Of a stretch of 64,000 nt of DNA, positions 55,112 through 64,000 are shown one piece after another. Made by a program: the position numbers and the translations under genes. How positions within the stretch are numbered: the stretch's first letter is position 1; each line of letters opens with the position of its first letter. The notes beneath the pieces are model-generated. The model was given only the letters and a program-made list of their open reading frames with translations. It had not been told where the DNA came from and did not search any database. The stretch is from the human T2T-CHM13v2.0 reference genome, Homo sapiens, in assembly GCF_009914755.1 (NCBI RefSeq), contig NC_060942.1. One strand, given 5' to 3'.

Positions 55112-57063
55112 TTCTTTTCATAGATAAAAGGCTAAGGCTCAATGTGGTTTGTCCAATATCTCTTATATGACTAGGCGCAGAAGTTGGTCTTGGACCAAGG
55201 TCTCTGGGCTTCCAATCTTGAGAGACCTAGAGTCACTAAAGGGCACCAAGATGCAAGGACTTGCTTTTGATGCTTTTGTATCCTGAAAGTCTGGAGCAAG
55301 AGCTTCTCCGTGAATTCACTGCCACTCAGAACATCCCAACAGATGTGTGTGGGTCACTCTGACACACTTGAAAATTTCCCGAACCTTAAGAAAGATCTGT
55401 TTTCCTCACTGCATTGGCAACACAGTTGGAAAGTTACTTGAATGTTTTTCAAAAATTGTTTATAGATTTGAAAACTGTTTTGGATTTGTGATTGCTTCTG
55501 TTGTTTGCCTCTTTGTATCATCTCGTTTTTGAAAATTTAATAAACACTTTGCAGAGGAGCAAAATAATTGGTCACACACTTGTGGGTTCCCAGATTTGTT
55601 TTACATGTGTATGCAATACAGAGTAACTCAAAACATGTTCAAACCCAATGCATCAAATCATTTCTGATGCTGTGGTCAAGACCAAAGCAGAATGTGAGTG
55701 AGCATCCACGGCCCTAGACCACATCACTCACTGGGCCTCTGACCGCAGTGCTTAGGGGACAGATCCTAGCCCCATTGACGCATGTGGCACCATTACAGCC
55801 CACGGCTGAAAGCTGGCGTGAAAGGCTCCCTCTGAAAGCTGGAGCACAGTCTGGGGTGCCTTATTGTTGGAGGATTTGCCCAATTTGTGACATCGAAGGA
55901 AGCAGCAGCCACTCTAGGAAGCTCCGCAAGGTGGGAACATCTCCACTCGACTCCATTCACTCAGCTTAGCCTCATCCACAAGGGGCTGCTAAGCAGGGGC
56001 TGTCTGTTTGTAAAGCAGGTGGAGGTTGATGGATCACCTTTCCTTCTTTGTCTGGCATCTCCAGGAGCTTCTTCCTGTATCTTGCAAACCCTATGAGCCC
56101 CATTGTTCATAGGAAGAGGGTTGAAAGCCCTGTGGGTTTACCGTTCCTTCCAAGTCCTTTGTAGAGCATTCTGTATAGAGATCATTGATCTGCTCTTGCT
56201 ATCTTGGATTACTCAGGTCTTGAATGCTGACATTTGTAAGATGATTTCAGAACAACCTTCTACTTCCATCCCACCTCACTTTCCTTGCAACAATTTGTAC
56301 CTAATAAGACCTAGTTAACTTGAAGGCATTTTCATTGCTTTTACTTTCCCATGAAGAAGAAATCAGTTGAGAAGGTTTTGTGAAAATTCTAACAGACCTT
56401 TAAGTGGTGACAATCTGGTTCTCAGAGAAGCCAAGAGATATGTAAGCAGCCTGAATGTAGGATCAATGTAGGCAAAGCATTTGAGTCATTTAAGCTCCAA
56501 ATCTGGATTTACCTGAAATCTGTAACAAAAATGGATCAGATATTCATTTTCTAAATCATTCATCTATACATTTATGTCAGATATTTTACTTAACAACACA
56601 GTTTAAGTTTTCACTGTACTTCACACTAGACTCAGATTCAGGTTTACACTGATAAAGTGGATTAGCCTGAGATATTTCCAGTTCACATGGGGATATCTGT
56701 ATGGCTTTGCCACAGAGCAAATGTTCAGAAATCCAAGTCCTGTTGCTCACGGTGTCTATCAGTTGTCCATGGGGAATCATGGCAGCAGATATTTTCTTCA
56801 TCTTATACTAGGCTGGAAGATTTTGTACACACGGCTAGCTAAAAGCTTGATGTGCAACATCTCCGAAACAGTGTCAAATGAAGAAAAAAAGTTTATCAGT
56901 TTGGTACAAATAAACTTTTAAACCAATTTGGCTACATTGGTTTGGTTAATGGTTTGATTATCTTAGTCCATGGCTATAGTTATGTACATATAGGCACTGT
57001 GTGAATGGTTTGGCCACACATGCTCCTTACATGTAACTGCCAACTCCTTCACCCCTCACTCGT

Positions 57064-57517
57064 TGTGCAGTGATTTAGTTACTGTCTCTCATTCCAAACC
57101 TGGCCTTCTATGATCTGTTCTGTGATACTGCAACCAGGACTCTGAAAACTAGTTTTCCTTTATTTCCAGTTAGGTTCTGTCAATAGAAGATACTAAAGAA
57201 AGAAAGCCAGGAGAAGAAAAGGGACTTCTTTCTTCAAGGTCTAAGCTGTTCTAATAGCATTATTCTGGGAATGGCATCTTCCACTCCTCCTAGTACAAAG
57301 AACCTGCTTCCTCATACCCCGTCAAGGAACTGCAGCATCCAGGTACTTTCTCTGCCTCAAAGGTCTGCATCCCATTCTCCATTTGGCCCCTCCTTTGAAC
57401 TACCAGATCTCCAGCTGGATTGCCTTTTTGTTCTGGAATTTTCTAAATTTCTTTATTAAATTTCCCAGTTGAAATTCCCAATGTGGTTTTTATTTCTCTC
57501 ATGGACCCTGAATGTAC
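57064..57517 (+). mobile_element. ERVL LTR (LTR41/LTR52-like)
   Basis: ttactgtctctcattccaaa..ccttctatgatctg.tctgtgatactg...ttaggttctgtcaatag; 3' end attaaatttcc...ggaccctgaatgtaca. Confidence 0.7.
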
Positions 57518-58498
57518 AGTACTTATATCAGGAGTAGTCCCAGAAGAGAGGTCCTCCAAATGGAGTTATGGGATTGGTTTAAATCCCTGGGCTTGAGTGC
57601 AATGCTGCACCCTGCTAATGGAAATGAAATAGTAGTATTTTATGGCATGCAGTGGCATCTTGACTAATTGTGACTAATTGTGATAAAGTGCCAATTGAAC
57701 CAGTGTCTTAGGGGACCAAATAGCTGCTGAACTTGGCCTTCAAGGAAGTAGTAAAGGCAGTGATGATGATTTCAAGAACTATGAGGTATGAGGGCTGCTT
57801 TGAATGAACTGGGGGACTTATTGGAGGACAATGACAAGTTCAAGGCTTTAAACTCTCTGCTCAAATTATAGTAAGAGAACTAGAAAGCTTTTGCTCTGGC
57901 GATTCCTAAAGATTCTCTTCCTATAACCATAGAGCTGACCTAATTGAGAATCAAACTCAGATTCTTATGTGGATTGCAAAGTCGCACAGACTCACCAACC
58001 TTCTTATGTGAAATTTAGGGTATTGACTGGGGAGAAGTGGGACCTTGACTCTTTGGATGTGGCATCTGGATCAATTGAGTCAAAGCTGAGAATCTTGAAT
58101 CCCCAAATGGCTATGAGCCTCCCTTCCCAGTAGAAGCAGCTCATTCCCCTCTGTTCGAGAAGACTAGTTTCCCTTTGCTTGAAGACCCTGTAATAACCTC
58201 ACTTGGGGCAGCTGCCTTGCAAGAGAATGCCTATTCTCCTTAAAACTTACCCCAACTACCACTTACTATCTCTACACCTATAACCAGGATCATTTCTTAG
58301 CAAGTGCCGGGGGTACAAAATCTGATCTGGGAAGAGCTAGCTTCCACAAAACAAAAACAAGTAAAATTTTGTTAATTTATAATGATAGAAGCCTAGCATG
58401 TGTGTGGGAATGACTTCTAAGGGTTAGATGATGGAATGTAACGTTGGATTGAATTGAATTTCTTGATATGAATGCACTTAACAGAGAGTCTGGATTTG
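57518..58498 (+). mobile_element. ERVL internal leader/gag remnant, truncated
   Basis: Follows the LTR directly. Translates to VWE*LLRV (~58403) and EFLDMNALNRESGF (58456-58497), matching the ERVL gag motif WEWILRV...EFIDMGxLxRDS. Disrupted. Confidence 0.75.
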
Positions 58499-58499
58499 C

Positions 58500-58886
58500 A
58501 AATGTTCAGTCGTCTTTCGGTGCCGTTTATACTGTCTTACTTCACTTCCCTCTTACTCTCACTTCCCTCTTACTTGATATAGATTCACCACCAGCACTAC
58601 TCTATTTTTCTTCTTGAGAAAGAGAAAGAGAGGTCTCTTTAAGTCAGCTCTATGGTTATAGGAAGAGAATCTTTAGGAGCCACCTTAGCAAAAGCTTTCT
58701 AGTTCTCTTACTATAATTTGAGCAGAGAGTTTAAAGCCCTGAACTTGTCATTGTCTTCCAATAAATCCCCCAGTTCATTCAAAGCAGCCCTCATACCTCA
58801 TAGTTCTTGAAATCATCATCACTGCCATCACTACTACCATGAAGGCCAAGTTCAGCAGCTATTTGGTCCCCTAAGGCACTGGTTCA
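58500..58886. other. Mosaic templated insertion (copies of three neighbouring segments)
   Basis: Direct copy of 59269-59308, inverted copy of 59008-59072, and inverted copy of 57696-57943. Confidence 0.9.
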
Positions 58887-59569
58887 TGTGCATCCTCAAT
58901 TTCTCCAACTACCACCTCCATCTTGTCTTGTTCCTCAACTCACCACAGACTCTTCTACTTGACCATGTTTTTATCCATTTCTCTTTCTCTTCCTCTTCCT
59001 TGCTTTCCCTCTCCTTCTCTTTCTCAAGAAGAAAAATACTTAGAGTAGTGATGGTGGTGAATCTATATCAAGAGAAAGGGGATTTATATACTTTAAAGGG
59101 AAATTAAACAAAATAAAAGCCCACATCATCAAATTCCAAGTGCATTCATGCACCCTAAACTCCCCCTTCAGATTTCCCACCACAATTTCCATTTACTTCC
59201 TTATTCTCATCTTATTTGGATCTTAGGGACAGCTAGGATCTTTCACAAATAAGATAACTGAGGGCTAGAAATGTTCAATCGTCTTCGTGGTGTCATTTAT
59301 ACTATCTTCTATGGTACTTTTCTTCTTTAGCATTACAAATATATAATATTTTATTTCCATGAAAGGTTTGATTTTTATTTATATGTTTGTTTTTTGTTAA
59401 TAACCTGGAATAGATGCATTGTTTTGGTAGCACAATTTTGGGATAAAATAAATTCAAAGTGGCAAATTAACAATTTCAAAGGGAATTTTCAAATGGAACC
59501 TATTTTTAAGCTGAATATTGCCTGTATAATCCTTCAGATAAGAAATGAGGAAGGAAACCAGTAATTAGA

Positions 59570-59970
59570 CTAAATAGTTAAGATCATAGACTTTGGGGTC
59601 CGACTGCCTGGGTTCAGATCTCAGCTCTGCCACTTACTAGCTGTGAGACTTTAAGCAAATTATAAGAAACCTCTCTAAGTCTGGGTTTCTTCATTTGTAA
59701 AATAGGATCAAGCACATAGTGTTGTTGCGAGAATTAAATGAGCTAATAGGTGTAAAAAGTAGAACAGTACTTGGCACATAGTAAGCTATATATGTGTGAG
59801 CTTTGTTCTTAATAGCCTGCTGAGGCCTTTTTTAATCCTGATTTTATAGATAGGACACTTAAAGGTATCAACTAACATGCTCCAACAGCATGGCTGGTAA
59901 ATGAAAGAGCTGAGGTTTGAAACCCCTCCATTGGATTCTAAAGCCCATGCCCTATCTCTTACACCACGTG
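59570..59970. mobile_element. MIR (+, ~59570-59812) followed by MIR (-, ~59830-59970)
   Basis: ctgcctgggttcagatctcagctctgccacttactagctgtgagactt...; gagctgaggtttgaaaccc...ttctaaagcccatgcc. Confidence 0.8.
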
Positions 59971-60895
59971 GCTTTGCTTTTAATAGTCAAACATACAGGA
60001 ATGCATGCACCACATCATAGAACCCACAGACTAAATAACTTCCAATGTATGAGAGTTTCATTCACAAAAGTAGCTTTTTTTTTTTTTTTTTAATTTGGAA
60101 GGCATTTTTCTAATCACTAAAGGTGTAAATAAGATTAAATAGTTTTGGACAAAAAAAGATTGAGCTATTGACTGTATATAAGAAAAGAAGAAGAAAAGTG
60201 ACAAAGTCGGCCTTTCTTCTAGGATGATCCTCCCAAATAAGCCACAAAACTTCCTGATGTAATCTCATCCTTTTTCACTTTTAGTCTCAGAAGTGGTCCC
60301 TTGCTGATGTTCTAATCTCTGCCATTTCATCTCATGTTTTGGGGAAAGAGGAAAAAACTCCATTCTTCCATCTAATTTATAACTTATACAAAAAAGAAAG
60401 CTTTAAATGTTATGAATTTTTAATTTTTGTTTCATTTAGTTCATTCTCTTGCTGAGAAAAGTGACTGCCAAAGAACTGTGCCTAGTATGAGCAATAAACA
60501 TCAACACTATCTGCTGCATTAATAATTTAAGCATAAATAATCAAACAAAATAATCTGGCAGGTCCCACAGGTGAATCATACAGAGTTTTAAAAATGTTGG
60601 TATGTTTAAACCAGGCAACTTTTAAATGAAAATTTACTCCAGTGTGGACAGAGGTGTGTTAGAGGGGCCACTGATAACATCCATTGATCTTATGTTTTTT
60701 ACCAGAATACATTCATACCTAACACCTCAATAGATGACATGTTATCCATGGAATCGAGTTCAAAGCCCTCTGTAACGTGGCTATATCCCATCTACTCTGA
60801 GCTGATGTTCAGCAGGTACTTTTGATTGGTTGGGCATTCATTCTGACTGGTCAGTAGCCATACCTTATTTTTTTATTAATTGTTTTAAATACCAT

Positions 60896-61386
60896 TATAC
60901 TTGTTTCCTGTTGCTGCAGTAAGACATTGTCAAAAGCTTAGTGGCTCCAAGCAACACACAGTGAGTATCTTACAGTTCTATAGGTATGAAGTCGAACACA
61001 GATCTCCTTGGGCTAAAATCATGGTTTGGGCAGAGAGGTGTTCCCTACGGAGGCTACAGGGAAGTAAGAATCCATTTCCTGCCCTGTTTCTATTTTAGAA
61101 GCTGCTCACATTTCTCATTTTGTGGTGCCATTCCTCCATCCTCAAAGCCAGAGCTGCAAAGCAAAGCTTCAAAGCATGTCGCTGCAAGCTTCTCTTTTGC
61201 CTCCTCTTCTACTTATAGAACCCTTGTGACACATTGGGCCCAACAGCATAAACTAGGATAATCCCTCTATTTTAAGGTCATTTGGTTAGCAATCTTAATT
61301 CCTCTTTGTCTTGTATTCTAACATATTCATAGATCCTGGAGATTAGGACACACACTCCTTTACGGGCCATTATTCTGCCTACTACA
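60896..61386 (-). mobile_element. MLT1D solo LTR
   Basis: gtttcctgttgctgcagtaa...gggctaaaatca...aggtcatttggttagcaatcttaattcc...ggccattattctgcctactaca. Confidence 0.88.
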
Positions 61387-61964
61387 GCTATTCATGCAAT
61401 TCTCCCTGCATGCTTTCTACCGATCTCCCAAACATGTCCTTTTCTGACATCAAGCTGAGCTCCTTTTTGATCCTCAAGGTGAATGTTTTTTTCCATCTCT
61501 ATGCCTTACCTAATTCACTTCTTCTTTCCAAGTCCTTTTCCTTTTCTTCAAAGCCTGTCCACACGTTTAGGTCCAGCTCAAGTTTCACCTCCTACGTGGA
61601 GCTTTTCCCATTGCAGAGTGCTCATCTTGTTTTTGTTTCTGTTTTTCCCTTCTTTTCTTATGTTCCATTAGAATTCCATTACACTAACCCACATGAAATT
61701 GCCAATAGTTTTTTTAACTTATGAAAAGAGAAATTGCATATGATTTAACCTAATACTTAATTGTCCACTACTTATCACTTAGTTGTTCCTGAATTAATTT
61801 ATTTCTATCCATATTTGTTTTTTCTTTCTATTTGAATTGCAATCTCTTTTAAACCAGAACTATGTCTCATGCTTTTTTGAATTACCTTCTACCTTCCAAT
61901 TCTCACTTGCTCAGAAGATAGTTAGTTGTTCATTCAGTGTTGATGTAGCTGAGCAATGTTTTAC

Positions 61965-62383
61965 CTGCTATGGTTACTTTGTTGAAAGCCACAGAATAAC
62001 AATCTGGCCGAATTTAAGGGAAAGGATTAACTTGTTAGAAAGATAGTGAACTTAAAACTTCCACAATTAAAGTAATAGTCAAGCAACAGAACATAGAGAG
62101 CTAAAATCGCTTCTGAGATACGTATAATATTGACTATGAGTGAGTTAGTATCAGTAGATTTGGTCCTGTGACAAAATTCTAGAATAGAGATTATCCTGGC
62201 TTAGGGCATGTCATGTCCCTACTTTGTGAATGGAAGACGTAGCTAGCAGGACACTGTGATTGACAAGTCCATTAGGAGGACCACATAAAACGTAGGGATA
62301 GTAATTTCTCAAAAGACAGCTAGAATGCTCATACCAAAGAAAAGATGTAGAAATACTGGGTAGACAAAATGACCAATGCACAT
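61965..62383 (-). mobile_element. Old MLT1 (K/L-like) LTR
   Basis: ggacactgtgattgacaagtcc...gtaatttctcaaaag...accaaagaaaagatg..aatactgggtagacaaaa. Confidence 0.55.
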
Positions 62384-62559
62384 GAATGAAATCTAAAATG
62401 AAATTTCTATGCTAAGTGGTATTGTCAATACAAATCCAATAAAGGCAATAGTAAAAAGGGTAAAACAAAACATGAGTAAGGATAGCTTTTAATTTGCTAT
62501 AGGCTACATCAAAACACTGAACTGTTAAAAAATCGTCCTTATGTAGTAGCAACACCAAC

Positions 62560-62750
62560 AGCCAATAATTATGGAGCATATATTATAACTCAGGCACTGT
62601 GCTAAAATGGTGCATGCATTTTCTCATTGAATCCTTGTTGTAACAAGTCCCTGGGTTGAGTTCTGTTCTGTTACTCTTCTTATTTAATGATAAAGGAAGT
62701 GAAGCATAGAGAAATTATGCAAGTTACCCACCTTTTATATCTACTAACTG
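62560..62750 (-). mobile_element. MIR
   Basis: caggcactgtgctaaa...cattttctcattgaatcct...gataaaggaagtgaagcatagagaaattatgcaagttaccc. Confidence 0.7.
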
Positions 62751-62859
62751 CAAAGGAGAAGCAGTAATGAGGTGAGGCAGAAGAGGTACAAAGGGAGAGA
62801 TACACCTATATTATTTGGACATCAGTGACACTTGAGACAACCAGGGTTAAGGGAGAGGT

Positions 62860-64000
62860 TTCAATTGATGATGCATGTAACTAGGCACTGTGTCAGCCTG
62901 TGCTGGAGGCCAGAAAGGAGCAGAGGAAAGAATGTCTACTGTCTGGTTGAGAAGGCTGACACTTGGACAAATAATTCCAATTCAATGTAAGAAGCCCTAC
63001 ACTAGAATTCCCTATAATGGTTCAGAAAGAACTCAGAGCGACCCATGACTCAGGGGACAATAGAAAGGAGAAGACGGGGAGAGTTTCTCCGAGAGGAGGT
63101 AGATCTTGAAGAATACACGTAAAAAGGTCAAGTTCAAGAAAGCAATCCTCAGGAAATGCATCGAGATGAATGAAAATCCAGAATATTTAGGGAGCTACCA
63201 GCAGTGAAGGATGATTTAAGTTATGCAAGTCATGATGAGAATTTGGGAATGAGAGTGATGGGAGACGAGACTGAAAACATAGGTTAGAGCCAGTTTTTAA
63301 AGAGCTTTGAGTGCCATACAAGACATCTGCTTTTTAAACCGCAAGCAACGGAGAAGCCCTGGACGTGTTTAAAGCCTCTGTGTTAATGATAAGATCAGAT
63401 TTGCTTGGGAGAGGAGAGGCAGTTGAAAGCTGAATTGGAGTTGGGGAGGACTTGTGGGTTTCTGATTTAGGTAACTGGGCAAATAAAGTGCCATTGAATT
63501 CAGGACAGGATTCTTGAAGGAGGAAAAAATTTGAGGGGAAATAAAATGGGTTTGCTTTGGGAACTTCCTCATGGCAGTGTCCAGCAAACATGTGAAAATG
63601 TAAGACAGAACCCAGGAGGCATCAACATTTGTAGAACAGGAACTCATAATAATTAGAAGATTAGAGAGAGAATAGTGGATGAGATAAGCCAAAGAGAGTA
63701 TGTAAAATAAGAAGAGGGATAAGAACAGGAATTCTGGAGGCACCAACATTTAAAGGGAGGAGGAGGAGGAAGATAAACCAGGCAAGAAGACTCAGAAAGA
63801 ATCAAAGGGTTAAGAGAAATACAAAGGAACAGTTGTAATAAATCAGGAGAGAAGAAAGTATCAAGAATGCAAGTTGTGACACAGCCTTCATGTAAGAGGA
63901 GAACTCAATATTTCCCTTAGGATTTGGCTATTGAAAGGTTATTCATGATCCCACTGGTTAAACTGGGTATGGCATGGTGCAGCCAAAGTCAGATTGCAGA
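62860..64000 (-). mobile_element. L2 remnant running off the window end
   Basis: gagctttgagtgccat...gataagatcagatttg...gtttctgatttaggtaactggg...ggaattctggaggcaccaacatttaa. Confidence 0.75.

Noticed and set aside
57172-57200. CTCF site normally carried by LTR41-type LTRs
   Set aside because: Degraded here to gtcaatagaagatacta, with the G-rich core lost.

Overview
This is primate, human-like genomic DNA (Alu, THE1, MIR, L2 and L1M content) that is AT-rich and CpG-poor. It has no credible protein-coding exon, RNA gene or CpG island, so it is intergenic or deep-intronic. All supplied ORFs are short and either derive from repeats or look random. About half of the window is recognisable transposon debris: a full-length THE1C provirus with target-site duplication (TSD), solo MaLR/ERV1/ERVL LTRs, an ERVL LTR plus gag remnant, 10 Alus, old L1M/L2/MIR, and hAT and Tigger elements. 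Repeat-poor islands rich in homeodomain, MEIS, bHLH, SOX and POU motifs lie between them and look like developmental enhancer candidates. I found no new gene system. The structure least explained by ordinary annotation is a set of four local templated inverted duplications of different apparent ages. They are a mosaic insertion at 58.5-58.9 kb built from three neighbouring segments, a 92-bp near-perfect palindrome at 42.9 kb, a ~230-bp inverted duplication at 16.3/17.5 kb, and an 86-bp hairpin with a triplicated loop at 14.0 kb. A close inverted AluY pair and a recursive-splice-like AG|GTAAGA motif are also notable. Repeat subfamily names come from my recall of consensus sequences and were not checked with RepeatMasker or Dfam. 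Boundaries of old repeats are approximate.
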